The notes beneath the pieces were generated by a model, which searched no databases, had not been told where the DNA came from, and saw only the letters and a program-made list of their open reading frames with translations. Positions 19,824-30,403 of a stretch of DNA of 64,000 nt are shown here, piece after piece. Every line of letters starts with the position of its first letter. Within the stretch, counting starts at the first letter, position 1. The stretch is from an uncultured Bacilli bacterium (GTDB lineage Bacteria > Bacillota_I > Bacilli_A > RF39 > UBA660): assembly GCA_944363735.1 (NCBI GenBank), contig CALVVB010000002.1:16349-80348 (forward strand), given 5' to 3'. Made by a program: the position numbers and the translations under genes.

Positions 19824-20335
19824 CGAACATAGTTAACAGGGCAAGTTATCATAAAAGAATAAGTTTCATCAGGAAAGTTAGGATGAGTTAAAATAATGTT
19901 TATTTTTAAATAACCATTATCAGCAGGAATATAAGTAATACTAGAATTTGGACTTAATTGTAAATCTGGAATACTAGGTATTTCATAATCAATAACATCT
20001 CCATTTTTTCCATAACTAATTACATAGTTATTTGGATTAATTACAAGTGTTGTGGTATAACTATTAGGTGTATCAAAAGTAAAAGTAGCGCTATATCCAT
20101 CTGCACTTACATTAGTAACATTAGTCAAATGACCTTTTATTAGATCATCTTGAATAATTTTTTGTAAGTTATTACTATATGCTATAACTTCATTATTAAT
20201 TTCTTCTATCTGTTCCTTATTTCGATAATTCATAATTAGATTGAACATACCAACGACAATAGTTGAAACAACAATAAAACAAACTAATAACTCTATAGAA
20301 GTTATACCCTTTTTATTTAGATTCATTTTTATCAC
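19820..20335 (-). CDS. prepilin-type N-terminal cleavage/methylation domain protein (pseudopilin)
   Basis: The N-terminus NKKG|ITSIELLVCFIVV has the class III signal with Glu at +5. Confidence 0.75.
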   Translation of the reverse strand: MIKMNLNKKGITSIELLVCFIVVSTIVVGMFNLIMNYRNKEQIEEINNEVIAYSNNLQKIIQDDLIKGHLTNVTNVSADGYSATFTFDTPNSYTTTLVINPNNYVISYGKNGDVIDYEIPSIPDLQLSPNSSITYIPADNGYLKINIILTHPNFPDETYSFMITCPVNYVR

Positions 20336-20881
20336 CTATCCCTTATATACTTCAATAGTACCATACTTATATGTATCATTTGAAACATATTCAACAATTA
20401 CTCTATAATATCCAGTTGTAGGTGTTTTACTTGTATTCTTACTATAAGTAGGTAAATAAGCAATATATTCTTTAAAACTTCTTGAAAAAGGAGAATCATC
20501 TTTTCTTACATATTCTTTAAATGTTGAAGTAGAATATGTGGTTAAATAAATCTTTGAAATATTATTTATAGTTTTGTAAGAATTACAATCAAGGTAGCCA
20601 CTAGATTCAGTATATAAAGAGCAATCAGTTATATCAAGATAGCCACTATTTTTAGTAGTATTATAAATAGAATTAGGTAAACCTTTTATAGCAATCATCC
20701 GAGCCCAATGGGCAACATATATAGATTCTACCGTATCATAATTTCTATAACGTTCATATTCACCAATAAGAGGAAAAAAATTAGTGTAAAGTAATGAAAA
20801 AATACCAACGATAAAAACCCCAACAATTAATGTCTCAACTAATATAAAACCCTTTTTATTTACTTTTTTTGTCTTTTTCAT
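20336..20881 (-). CDS. prepilin-type N-terminal cleavage/methylation domain protein (pseudopilin)
   Basis: The N-terminus NKKG|FILVETLIVGVFIV has Glu at +5. The gene abuts the next pseudopilin gene. Confidence 0.75.
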   Translation of the reverse strand: MKKTKKVNKKGFILVETLIVGVFIVGIFSLLYTNFFPLIGEYERYRNYDTVESIYVAHWARMIAIKGLPNSIYNTTKNSGYLDITDCSLYTESSGYLDCNSYKTINNISKIYLTTYSTSTFKEYVRKDDSPFSRSFKEYIAYLPTYSKNTSKTPTTGYYRVIVEYVSNDTYKYGTIEVYKG

Positions 20882-20958
20882 AATAAGCTCCCTCTTGTAA
20901 TTAAGATATTATTACTATATAATATATTATAGTAGAATAAAAGTTTAAAGTAAAGGGG

Positions 20959-22272
20959 TTGATACTTTTGGTAACATATGATATGACAAAAACGCCAATA
21001 GTAAATGTTGTAGATGATATTATTGCTTATGCTGCTAAAGCTGGTGCTAGTGATATCCACTTTGATCCTAGAGAAGATTATTTAATGGTAAGAATTAGGA
21101 TTGATGGTGATTTACAAGATTATACAAAAATACCTAAAATGTATGAAAGAAATCTAATTACAAGAATTAAACTTATTGCCAATATGAATATTACTGAAAG
21201 TAGGCTACCACAAGATGGTTCTATTAAAGGAGCGATTAAAGATGTTAGTTTAGAAACTCGTGTATCTACTCTACCTACTAATGAAGGCGAAAAATGTGTT
21301 ATTCGTATTCTTGATTACTCAAGGAGTTTAGAGGGAATAGAATCTCTTGGTTTTAATAATGATAATTTTAAAAAATTAGAAAAAATGATTGCTGAACCTA
21401 ATGGTATTATTCTTGTGACTGGAGCTACTGGTTCTGGTAAAAGTACTACAGTTTACTCTATTTTACAGGTTTTAAATAAAAAAGAGACTAATATAATTAC
21501 TGTTGAAGATCCAATAGAGATGAATATTGAAGGATTAAATCAAGTTCAAGTAAATAGTGAAATTGGCCTTGACTTTGCTACTGTATTAAGATCTATTCTA
21601 AGACAAGATCCTAATATTATTTTAATTGGAGAGATTCGTGATAGTGAAACTGCTAAAATCGCTGTTAGAGCTTCTATTACAGGTCATTTAGTATTATCTA
21701 CAATACACACAAATAACTCTTTAAGTACTATTGAAAGATTGCTAGATATGAATGTAGAAAGATACTTATTATCAAGTGCTCTATCTGGAATAATTTCTCA
21801 AAAACTTGCCAAAAAAATATGTCCTCATTGTTGTATTAAAGAAAAAACTACTCCCTATCAGAAGAAAATATTTAAAATGGCTCTAAATAAAGATGTAAGC
21901 GAAATATATAATGCTAATCATGAAGGCTGTGATAAATGTAATAAAGGTTATCATGGACGTATTGCTATTCAAGAAGTATTGGAAATTAATGATGAGATTA
22001 GAAATGCTTTGAATGAAGAATCTTTAGAAAAAGATGATTTAAATAAATTAGTATATAAATCAGATGTTATTACTATGCTTCAAGATGGTCTTTTAAAAGT
22101 TTTAGATGGCTCTACTTCTTTTGATGAAATATATAGAATTATTGATGTAGATGATGATTTAGATGTTTACTGTAAAATTAGAGGTATTGAATATAAAGAA
22201 GATGATAATGCTTTAAAAGACCCTAAAGATAATGTTAGAAAAACCAAAGGAAAAGAGGATGAAATCTTATAG
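20959..22272 (+). CDS. type II/IV secretion ATPase (GspE/PilB/ComGA family)
   Basis: ASDIHFDP, Walker A GATGSGKST, the Asp box, Walker B ILIGEIRD, the His box STIHTN, and a tetracysteine CPHC...CDKC motif. The start is uncertain: TTG 20959 or 20968, or ATG 20983. Confidence 0.9.
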   Translation: MILLVTYDMTKTPIVNVVDDIIAYAAKAGASDIHFDPREDYLMVRIRIDGDLQDYTKIPKMYERNLITRIKLIANMNITESRLPQDGSIKGAIKDVSLETRVSTLPTNEGEKCVIRILDYSRSLEGIESLGFNNDNFKKLEKMIAEPNGIILVTGATGSGKSTTVYSILQVLNKKETNIITVEDPIEMNIEGLNQVQVNSEIGLDFATVLRSILRQDPNIILIGEIRDSETAKIAVRASITGHLVLSTIHTNNSLSTIERLLDMNVERYLLSSALSGIISQKLAKKICPHCCIKEKTTPYQKKIFKMALNKDVSEIYNANHEGCDKCNKGYHGRIAIQEVLEINDEIRNALNEESLEKDDLNKLVYKSDVITMLQDGLLKVLDGSTSFDEIYRIIDVDDDLDVYCKIRGIEYKEDDNALKDPKDNVRKTKGKEDEIL

Positions 22273-22294
22273 TGATTTCTCCTCTTCTTTTTTA
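22253..22294 (+). terminator. intrinsic terminator overlapping the ATPase stop codon
   Basis: AAGAGGA(T)GAAATC - loop - GATTTCTCCTCTT followed by CTTTTTT. Confidence 0.6.
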
Positions 22295-22310
22295 TTAATA
22301 TTTTAAATTT

Positions 22311-22631
22311 TTATTGTTTTAACTCTCTACTCCATTTAATTACTTTAATATAACTAATAGTACTAATTATAATCATTCCTAAATTTAGAAGAAGAATTAA
22401 TATTGCAAAAATATTAATATTTGTAATACCATTAATAAGTCTTTCTAGTTCATTTTCTACTAATACATTGCGACTAAAGAAGAAACTTAAAGTAAGTATT
22501 AGAGCAATAAGAAAATAAATAGTAGAAAAAATGCCTAACTTAATTTTCTTAAGTCTAAAAAACTTATAAGTAGAAACTACTTCTATTGACATAAATAAGA
22601 ATATAACTATTAAAAATAAATAATTACTCAT
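22311..22631 (-). CDS. small hypothetical membrane protein
   Basis: 106 aa with 3 predicted TM helices. No recognisable motif. Confidence 0.4.
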   Translation of the reverse strand: MSNYLFLIVIFLFMSIEVVSTYKFFRLKKIKLGIFSTIYFLIALILTLSFFFSRNVLVENELERLINGITNINIFAILILLLNLGMIIISTISYIKVIKWSRELKQ

Positions 22632-22648
22632 AAAAATTACCTTCCTTC

Positions 22649-23572
22649 CTAATATAATTCCTTTGGTAATATTTTATCAAGTGCATCACTTATTACTTCT
22701 GCACTTTTTTCTAACTTTTCTTCCTCATCACTAGTTAATTTTATATTAATAACTTTCTCTATTCCATTTCTACCTATAATACAAGGTGTGGATATATACG
22801 TATCATAAGTTGTATTATAATTAGATACTGGATATACTTTCTTTAAGTCATTAAGAATACATAATGTAAGTTCTAAAAGACATACTGCTACTCCATCACT
22901 AGTATAACCTTTACTTTTAGTAATAGTTCCTCCCATATGGCGTGTTTCATATTCTATCACTTCTTTATCATCAAGGGATAGGAATTTACTTAGGTTCTCT
23001 AAACCTATATTGGCATTACTCCAAGCGACAAACTGACTATTACCATGTTCTCCCAAAACATAGGCATTTATATCACTTGGTTTTACTCTAATTCTTTTAC
23101 TTATTAGAGATTTTAATCTTGCTGTATCAAGCATCGTTCCAGTACCTATTACTTTATTATAAGAATAATCTGTATAATGAGCGATAAGTTCAGTTATTAC
23201 ATCTAAAGGATTACAAGCGACTAGAACAACGCCTTTAAAAGAAGTTTCTCTTAATTTATTAGAAATATCTAAAACTATCTCATTAGCTTTCTCTAAATCA
23301 CTCATTCTATCTTTAGTAGATTGAGGAATGCCTGCAGTTATTACAACTATATCTGCATTATCACAGTCACTATAATTACCAAGTTTTATATTGATATTAC
23401 TATTTCTATAGACTAAAGAATGTTCTAAATCAAGTATCTCTCCTTCAAGTTTCTCTTCATCTATATCAATTAAACTTATATCAAGTGTCATATCACTTTG
23501 ACACAGGTTCTTTAAATAAGCAAGACCAACATTACCACAACCTATAATTACAATTCTCTTCATCTTCATCAA
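22649..23572 (-). CDS. ldh: L-lactate dehydrogenase
   Basis: Rossmann motif IVIIGCGNVG, VITAGIPQ (a Gln at the substrate-specificity position favours LDH over MDH), DRMSDL and GEHGNSQ. Confidence 0.8.
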   Translation of the reverse strand: MMKMKRIVIIGCGNVGLAYLKNLCQSDMTLDISLIDIDEEKLEGEILDLEHSLVYRNSNINIKLGNYSDCDNADIVVITAGIPQSTKDRMSDLEKANEIVLDISNKLRETSFKGVVLVACNPLDVITELIAHYTDYSYNKVIGTGTMLDTARLKSLISKRIRVKPSDINAYVLGEHGNSQFVAWSNANIGLENLSKFLSLDDKEVIEYETRHMGGTITKSKGYTSDGVAVCLLELTLCILNDLKKVYPVSNYNTTYDTYISTPCIIGRNGIEKVINIKLTSDEEEKLEKSAEVISDALDKILPKELY

Positions 23573-23647
23573 TCCTTCTATAATTAGTCTATCACAGAAT
23601 TATTTTTTTATAAAGAAAAAGACAATATATAATATTATTATCGTCTT

Positions 23648-24841
23648 TTATTTTTCTAATAACCATTCTATTATATTCTTGTGTATAATCCCATCTCTTG
23701 ATAAATTTTCTTTATCTAAAGAAAGAATATATTTAGGTATATCATCATTTAATCCTTCAAAAGCTCCAAACTCTCTTTCAATCACTTTTTCACTATCTAA
23801 TAGATAAGTGACTTGAATATAAATCTTCTCGTCTGTTTTAGTTGCAATAAAGTCTATTTCCCCTTTTTTAGTTTTTCCTATATAAACATCATATCCTCTT
23901 TCTAATAATTCATTATATACAACATTCTCAATAGCAAAACTCTTATTTATTTCAAAGTTATTATTTTTTATCTGAGCTATTCCTAAATCAGTCATATAAT
24001 ATTTATTTAGGGTTTTTAATATTGCCTTACCATGAATATCATATCTATAAATTTTATTAATTATTAAAGCTTTACATAAAGCATCTAAATAAATATATAA
24101 AGTCTCAGTAGAAATACTCCTTCCTTCATTTTTTAAATATTTTATAACATTATCTGCTGAAAATTCTCTTCCTGTTGTATCAACAACATATTGTAATAAT
24201 AGGTTAAACAAAACTATATCTTTAAGCCCCAACCGTTCTACTACATCTCTTAAAATAATTGAATCAAACACACTATGAAGATAATCTTTTATATTGACTT
24301 CATCAGTAAACTGAACTCTATTGGGAAGTCCTCCCCATTTTATAAAATTCCAAAATGTTTCTTCACTTCTAGGATTTTTTAATGATAGTTCAGTAAATTC
24401 TTTGTAACTTAAAGGATAAATATTAAACAGAACATATCTACCAGATAAAACTGTAGAAAGTTCATTAGATAAAAGCTTACTATTAGAACCAGTTATAAAT
24501 ATACTTATATTAGAAAGAGATGCACGTAGTGAGTTTACAACCGTTTCAAACTTTTCAACTCTTTGTATTTCGTCTAAAAATATATAATAAATTTTATCAT
24601 CTTTAATATTATCTTTAATATATTTATTTAACTTTCTATAGTCCTGTAATTCTTCATATTCTACAAGTTCAAAGTTAACATATATGATATGGTCATCTTC
24701 AATACCTTTTTCTTTTATTTCATCAACTATTTGATTAAGTATTACAGATTTGCCACATCTTCTAATTCCAACGAGTATTTTTACTAAATCAGAATCATAA
24801 AAGCCTCTTATTCTTGATAAATAAACTTCCCGTTTTAACAT
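23648..24841 (-). CDS. AAA-family ATPase with DUF4143-like C-terminal domain
   Basis: 397 aa. Walker A GIRRCGKS and Walker B IFLDEIQ. The C-terminal half resembles the PD-(D/E)XK-like DUF4143 architecture. Confidence 0.7.
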   Translation of the reverse strand: MLKREVYLSRIRGFYDSDLVKILVGIRRCGKSVILNQIVDEIKEKGIEDDHIIYVNFELVEYEELQDYRKLNKYIKDNIKDDKIYYIFLDEIQRVEKFETVVNSLRASLSNISIFITGSNSKLLSNELSTVLSGRYVLFNIYPLSYKEFTELSLKNPRSEETFWNFIKWGGLPNRVQFTDEVNIKDYLHSVFDSIILRDVVERLGLKDIVLFNLLLQYVVDTTGREFSADNVIKYLKNEGRSISTETLYIYLDALCKALIINKIYRYDIHGKAILKTLNKYYMTDLGIAQIKNNNFEINKSFAIENVVYNELLERGYDVYIGKTKKGEIDFIATKTDEKIYIQVTYLLDSEKVIEREFGAFEGLNDDIPKYILSLDKENLSRDGIIHKNIIEWLLEK

Positions 24842-24930
24842 TTTTTCATCACCTATATTTATTTTAAAATTATATTATGATTTTGTCAAGTTATTTCGCA
24901 AGGACGAAATAACTTTTTTTTGCTTAAAAA

Positions 24931-24966
24931 CTATAAAAAAGTTACTTCTAATCTTTGAAGTAACTT
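24931..24966 (-). terminator. intrinsic terminator after the ABC permease gene
   Basis: Minus strand AAGTTACTTC - loop - GAAGTAACTT followed by TTTTTTATAG. Confidence 0.7.
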
Positions 24967-24980
24967 CGAGTACATAATAC

Positions 24981-26297
24981 CTACACATCTTTACTTTTAA
25001 AGGCCTTAAAGAATTTACTCCATGCTTTTTCATTAGAGTAATTAAGTATTCCTACTTTATATACTTTAATACCAAAGTGTAATATTAAATAGATAAAGAT
25101 AACAAGTACTATGATAGAAATAACTATATCAATTAAACCTATCTCTCCCATCATATAAAGACTAGGACTAACAAATGATGATAGGAATGGTACATATGAA
25201 AGTATTCTAATTAATAAAGAGCCATTAAACATACCTGCCATCATCGCTAAGTAATAACCTCCTAAAGAAAGGAATACTAATGGAGTTTGTAACTGTGAAA
25301 AGTCTTCCATATTAACAGTCATAGAGGCAAGGATTCCTGCTACTATTGAATATGCTAAGAATGATAAAACTATTAATACTAATGTTAAAGGTATTACATA
25401 GATTAATTTTTCTACAAAACCTGATGCTACTAAACTATCAAAGATAGATGTAACTTCACTAGGTAGAGACATTCCACTACTAAGCATATTTGTACTTATT
25501 AATAGACCAATAATAGAATAAACTACTAAGAGTAATCCTTGGACTATAACAAAGATATTACTAGCAAGTATCTTAGACATTAAGTGTTGTTTAGGAGAAA
25601 CATTAGAAATAATTATTTCCATACTACGAGTTGTTTTCTCTTCACATATTTCTCCTCCTACCATTTGGATTAAAACCATAGTTAACATAAAGAATGGTAG
25701 GATGATAGTTGGAAAAACACTACTCATAATAAGATCCATATTTTCATCAACATTATTATCTTCATTAAGAACTACTCTATCTATTGTAACAGGGCTAGAA
25801 ATATTATTTAATGTACTAGCATCTATATTATTAATAGCCATACCAATAGTAGTCTTAGTAGAGTTTAAACTCTGAGATAAAACCTGATAAGTTAGTGTAT
25901 CTACTTTCTCATTAGATGTAACTTTAGCTTTCAAGTATTCTTTATTATCACTATTTAACTCTACTAATATCTCATCATCTTTTAAATTATCTTTTAATTC
26001 TTTTGCATCTTTTTTACTCTTTTTAACTGTTACTTTCACTTCATCTTTATCACTATTTAAAGTACTTGAATAACTCTTTATATTTTGTTTAAATAAATCA
26101 TAACTATTAGTATTATTATCTATAACAATTATATTAGTCTTACTGTCAAAATCTCCTCCAAAAAAAGTTACAATAGAATTTATATTTAAAAGAAGAATAA
26201 TCGCTACTGCAAGTATTACATTTGTAATAACAAACCATTTAGTTTTAAACTTTTTTCTTAAACTAACTTTAGTTAGATAAAGGAACTTCTTATTCAT
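24981..26297 (-). CDS. ABC-2 type exporter permease (NatB-like)
   Basis: 438 aa. An N-terminal TM helix, a large extracytoplasmic loop and 5 C-terminal TM helices. The gene overlaps the upstream ATPase gene. Confidence 0.7.
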   Translation of the reverse strand: MNKKFLYLTKVSLRKKFKTKWFVITNVILAVAIILLLNINSIVTFFGGDFDSKTNIIVIDNNTNSYDLFKQNIKSYSSTLNSDKDEVKVTVKKSKKDAKELKDNLKDDEILVELNSDNKEYLKAKVTSNEKVDTLTYQVLSQSLNSTKTTIGMAINNIDASTLNNISSPVTIDRVVLNEDNNVDENMDLIMSSVFPTIILPFFMLTMVLIQMVGGEICEEKTTRSMEIIISNVSPKQHLMSKILASNIFVIVQGLLLVVYSIIGLLISTNMLSSGMSLPSEVTSIFDSLVASGFVEKLIYVIPLTLVLIVLSFLAYSIVAGILASMTVNMEDFSQLQTPLVFLSLGGYYLAMMAGMFNGSLLIRILSYVPFLSSFVSPSLYMMGEIGLIDIVISIIVLVIFIYLILHFGIKVYKVGILNYSNEKAWSKFFKAFKSKDV

Positions 26298-27186
26298 GGA
26301 TACCCCCTACTTTCGCAATAAATATTTCATTAAGTGTAGGTTCAACTACATCATATTTAGTAATATTACAGTTTTTAACTAATGAGAATATCTTAGGAGC
26401 GACTGTTTTATCTTCTATTTTTACTTCTATTTCTCCTCTTACTTTAGAAACATCTAATACCCCTTTTACTTTCTTTATTTTATCAAGAGGTAAATCATCT
26501 CCTCTTAACATAATATTTTTAATACCAAATTCTTCTTTAATATCTTTTAACATTCCACTTACTACAGGATGACCTTTTACAAGGATAACTAATTTCTCAC
26601 AAAAGTCTTCAATATATTCCATCTGATGTGATGAAAAGATAATAGATGTCCCTTCTTTTTGTAAATCATATATAGCATCTTTCATTAATTTAACATTAAT
26701 AGGATCAAGCCCTGTAAAGGGTTCATCTAATATTAATAGTTTAGGATGATTGATAATAGCAGAAATAAACTGTATTTTTTGTTGATTACCTTTAGATAAT
26801 TCTTTAATCTTTCTATTCTTATAACTAGAAATTTCAAACTTTTCTAACCATTTATCTATATCTTTTTCTATAGTTCTCTCATCAAGACCTTTTAATACTC
26901 CATAAAAGGTAAGTTGTTCTAAAACAGTAAGTTTAGTAAGTAAACTTCTCTCTTCTGTAACAAAACCTATTTTATCAGTTAAGTTATAGTCAATTCTTTT
27001 ACCATCAAGTAAAACTTCTCCTTTATTAGAATCAATTAAACCCATAATAATTCTAAAGGTAGTAGTTTTACCTGCTCCATTTTCTCCAAGTAACCCAAAT
27101 ATTTCTCCATCTTTAACAGTAAAGGACAGATCAGACACCGCTCTATTCTTACCATAATATTTTGTAATATGTTTAACTTCAAGCAT
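26290..27186 (-). CDS. ABC transporter ATP-binding protein (NatA-like)
   Basis: Walker A GENGAGKTT, signature LSKGNQQK and Walker B LLILDEP. Confidence 0.85.
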   Translation of the reverse strand: MLEVKHITKYYGKNRAVSDLSFTVKDGEIFGLLGENGAGKTTTFRIIMGLIDSNKGEVLLDGKRIDYNLTDKIGFVTEERSLLTKLTVLEQLTFYGVLKGLDERTIEKDIDKWLEKFEISSYKNRKIKELSKGNQQKIQFISAIINHPKLLILDEPFTGLDPINVKLMKDAIYDLQKEGTSIIFSSHQMEYIEDFCEKLVILVKGHPVVSGMLKDIKEEFGIKNIMLRGDDLPLDKIKKVKGVLDVSKVRGEIEVKIEDKTVAPKIFSLVKNCNITKYDVVEPTLNEIFIAKVGGIHE

Positions 27187-27203
27187 AGTTTTCTCCTTAA
27201 GTA

Positions 27204-28091
27204 TTATATTTTCTTAACTAACTTTTTCTCTTCCTCAAGTTCAATATTATAACGATTAACTGCATCTTTCCAAGTTGGTAATAATTCAAAGTTCTCTTCT
27301 AATTTAGATTTATCAAGTCTAGAATTTCTAGGACGATAAGCTTGTTTAGCACCAGTAATTTCTAAATACTCTTCCGTTGTAACTTTATTTACTTTAACAC
27401 TCTTTTTATTAGATTCAAAAATATATTCTGCAAACTCAGCCCAACTACAATATTCACTATTAGTAACATTGTAAGTACCATATTTATCGCTATTAGACAT
27501 ATCTACTAAGATTTTAGCAAGATCAACTGTATATGTAGGACTACCTATCTGGTCATCTACAACATTTAATTCACTATGGTTCTCTGATAATTTTAACATT
27601 GTTTTTATAAAATTATGTCCATTAATTCCAAATACCCAAGATATTCTAGTAATAAAGTGTTTAGGATTACGTCTAACTTCTTCTTCTCCTAAAAATTTAG
27701 TTCTACCATAAACACTCTTAGGATTAACTTTATCTTCTTCAGTATATACTCCATCTTTAGTACCATCAAATACATAATCAGTTGACATATATATAGTAGT
27801 AGCATCTACTTCAATTGAAGCATCAACAATATTTTTAGTACCAACTACATTAACACTATAACAAGCATCTTCCATATCTTCTGCTTTATCAACTGCAGTC
27901 CATGCTGCACAATGAAAAATGACATTAGGAGCAAAATCTTTTACAACTCTATTTACTTCTTCTCTATTAGTAATATCCATTTCATCCTTATCAAGAGCAA
28001 GAATAGCATCTTCACTAACGCCTCTTTTTAATAATTCTCTTTTAACATCATAACCCAATTGTCCTTTATAACCTGTAATTAAATATTTCAT
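27204..28091 (-). CDS. rfbD: dTDP-4-dehydrorhamnose reductase
   Basis: 295 aa. ITGYKGQLG Rossmann motif, YGRTK catalytic motif, and position directly after rfbC. Confidence 0.85.
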   Translation of the reverse strand: MKYLITGYKGQLGYDVKRELLKRGVSEDAILALDKDEMDITNREEVNRVVKDFAPNVIFHCAAWTAVDKAEDMEDACYSVNVVGTKNIVDASIEVDATTIYMSTDYVFDGTKDGVYTEEDKVNPKSVYGRTKFLGEEEVRRNPKHFITRISWVFGINGHNFIKTMLKLSENHSELNVVDDQIGSPTYTVDLAKILVDMSNSDKYGTYNVTNSEYCSWAEFAEYIFESNKKSVKVNKVTTEEYLEITGAKQAYRPRNSRLDKSKLEENFELLPTWKDAVNRYNIELEEEKKLVKKI

Positions 28092-28663
28092 TATTTCCTC
28101 CTTAAAAATAGCACTTTAGATTCTTCTAATGTAGGATGCTTCCCATCTTTCTCAGATAAGATTGGCTCAGTTATATTATTTTCTTTGAACATCTCATCCC
28201 AATTAATATTAAGGCCTGGATCATTCCAAAGGATTCCTCCTTCTTTGTCAGGTGCATAATCATTATCAACTAGATATTGAAAAATTGTATCATCTTCTAA
28301 TGAAATAAATCCATGTGCAAAACCACGAGGTACAAATAATTGTCTATTATTATCTTCTGTTAGTTTAACAGCAGTATATTTTCCATAAGTATCTGAATCT
28401 TTTCTAATATCAACAACTACATCAATAGCAGAACCTTTAATAACCTCAACTATTTTAGCTTGACACTTTGGATCTTCTTGGAAATGAAGTCCTCTAACTA
28501 CTCCTTTAGCACTTTTACTTCTGTTTGCTTGTTTTACACCTTCAAAACCTAATTCTTTTAAATTAGCTTCTATATAATAAGGTGAAAAATATCCTCTTTC
28601 ATCTCCAAATTTATCTGGTTCTAAAATATAACAATCTAATAAATTAGTTTCAATTTTTTTCAT
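28091..28663 (-). CDS. rfbC: dTDP-4-dehydrorhamnose 3,5-epimerase
   Basis: FGDERGYF...RGLHFQ...VPRGFAHGF cupin motifs. ATG 28663 follows GGAGGAG; the track start at 28681 lies inside that RBS. Confidence 0.9.
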   Translation of the reverse strand: MKKIETNLLDCYILEPDKFGDERGYFSPYYIEANLKELGFEGVKQANRSKSAKGVVRGLHFQEDPKCQAKIVEVIKGSAIDVVVDIRKDSDTYGKYTAVKLTEDNNRQLFVPRGFAHGFISLEDDTIFQYLVDNDYAPDKEGGILWNDPGLNINWDEMFKENNITEPILSEKDGKHPTLEESKVLFLRRK

Positions 28664-28664
28664 A

Positions 28665-29540
28665 TTATCTCTCCTCCACAATTTCCATTAAATGTTTCCC
28701 ATAAGTATTCTTTTTCATTAATTTAGCAGCTTCTAGTACTTTTTCTTTACTTAACCACCCATTTTTATAAGCTATTTCTTCTGGACAGCATATAGTAATA
28801 TTTTGATGTTCCTGAATAGTTGCAACAAAATTAGTAGCATCAAATAAGCTTTTGAATGTTCCTGTATCAAACCATCCATAACCTTCATTTAAGGTTATAA
28901 CGTTTAATTTAGCATCTTTTAAATATCCTTTATTTAAATCAGTTATTTCTAACTCTCCTCTTTTAGAAGGCTTTAATTTGGACGCCTTATCAACAACAGA
29001 ATTATCATAGAAATAAAGTCCTGTAATTGCATAATTACTCTTAGGATTATCTGGTTTTTCCTCTACGCTTAATACCTTACCATTTTTATCAAATTCAACT
29101 ACCCCAAAACGTTCAGGATCATGAACATGATAACCAAAAACAGTAGCTTTACCTTTACTAGCATCTTCTTTAGCTTTTAATAATTCACCTCTTATATTAG
29201 GACCATAGAAAATATTATCACCAAGTACCATACAGCAAGTATCATTGCCAATAAATTCTTTTCCTAAAATAAAAGCTTGAGCAAGACCATCAGGACTAGG
29301 TTGTTCTTTATAAGAAAAATTAACTCCAAACTTAGAACCATCACCTAATAATTCCATAAATCTAGGTAAATCTTTAGGAGTTGATATTATTAAAATATCT
29401 CTAATCTCTGCTTGCATTAATACTGACAAAGGATAATAAATCATTGGTTTATCATAAATAGGCATCAACTGCTTACTTGTAACTTCTGTCAATGGATATA
29501 GTCTAGTTCCACTACCTCCTGCTAAAATAATTCCTTTCAT
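28665..29540 (-). CDS. rfbA: glucose-1-phosphate thymidylyltransferase
   Basis: [29 protein letters not shown] and LGDNIF are canonical RmlA motifs. Confidence 0.93.
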   Translation of the reverse strand: MKGIILAGGSGTRLYPLTEVTSKQLMPIYDKPMIYYPLSVLMQAEIRDILIISTPKDLPRFMELLGDGSKFGVNFSYKEQPSPDGLAQAFILGKEFIGNDTCCMVLGDNIFYGPNIRGELLKAKEDASKGKATVFGYHVHDPERFGVVEFDKNGKVLSVEEKPDNPKSNYAITGLYFYDNSVVDKASKLKPSKRGELEITDLNKGYLKDAKLNVITLNEGYGWFDTGTFKSLFDATNFVATIQEHQNITICCPEEIAYKNGWLSKEKVLEAAKLMKKNTYGKHLMEIVEER

Positions 29541-30403
29541 TTTTTTAAACCTCCTCTTAAAAATATTCTAACATATAATGTCAAAAGTGTTAATCTAATT
29601 GTCACTTTTAATAAAATTTTTTCTATACTATTAGCATTATTATAATTAGTTTCAAAATACATTTGACTTTGTTTTAATATTTTATATTTATTAATATAAC
29701 TAATATTCTTATCAACACTAACAGAATGATCATGAATAATAGTTACATTATTATTAATTAATGTTTTATACTGAGTTCTTTTTAACTTAGATGCTGTAAT
29801 ATTTTCTTCATAGTATAGAAATGTATTATCATCAAAATAATTAATTTCTTTTAATACTTCACTTTTAATTAAGAAAAAACAAAATGATATAACTTCTACT
29901 TCACTACTATCACCTTTATAATAGAAATCATCATAAAAGTTTTTTTTATTAAATTTCTTCCCTATTCCAGGTAAATTGCTAAGTATCTCATTCTTTGGAC
30001 TAGGTAAATGCCATCCTCTATTTAGTTTTCCATTTTGAACTACTACAGGACCTACAAGACCTACTAATCTTTTATCTAAAGTCTTCTTTAAATCTTCTAA
30101 ATCTTCATTACTATTAATAATAATATCAGAATTAGAAAAGATAATATCGACATTACCAAGGTCATCTATCGCTTTTTTAGCACCAATATTTAAAGCATAG
30201 GCAAAACCTTTATTACTAGGTGTTTCTATTACTTCATATCTCTTAATCTTTAATTTTTTCAAAATTTCATAAGAATCATCTGTTGAATGATTATCAACCA
30301 CATAAATCTTATCTATTACTTTATAATCTTTAATATTATAAAGTAATCTTTTAGTAGTCTTATAATCATTATAATTAATAATAATAAAAACTAATTTTCT
30401 CAT
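29537..30403 (-). CDS. GT2 family glycosyltransferase
   Basis: 288 aa. IIINYND...VVDNHSTD...NKGFAYALN...SNSD pattern (GT-A fold with DxD). Confidence 0.75.
   Translation of the reverse strand: MRKLVFIIINYNDYKTTKRLLYNIKDYKVIDKIYVVDNHSTDDSYEILKKLKIKRYEVIETPSNKGFAYALNIGAKKAIDDLGNVDIIFSNSDIIINSNEDLEDLKKTLDKRLVGLVGPVVVQNGKLNRGWHLPSPKNEILSNLPGIGKKFNKKNFYDDFYYKGDSSEVEVISFCFFLIKSEVLKEINYFDDNTFLYYEENITASKLKRTQYKTLINNNVTIIHDHSVSVDKNISYINKYKILKQSQMYFETNYNNANSIEKILLKVTIRLTLLTLYVRIFLRGGLKK

Noticed and set aside
20878-21060. 60-aa minus-strand ORF in the pseudopilin/ATPase divergent region.
   Set aside because: It overlaps the 5' end of the ATPase gene and the promoter region. It has no RBS, and its sequence is low-complexity.
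24885-24922. Strong hairpin AAGTTATTTCG-CAAGGA-CGAAATAACTT followed by T9 on the plus strand, considered as a terminator or regulatory RNA.
   Set aside because: No plus-strand gene precedes it. On the minus strand it lies just upstream of a plausible promoter (TTGACA...TAAAAT) for the AAA-ATPase gene. It may insulate that gene from natAB readthrough, but I cannot support a specific function.
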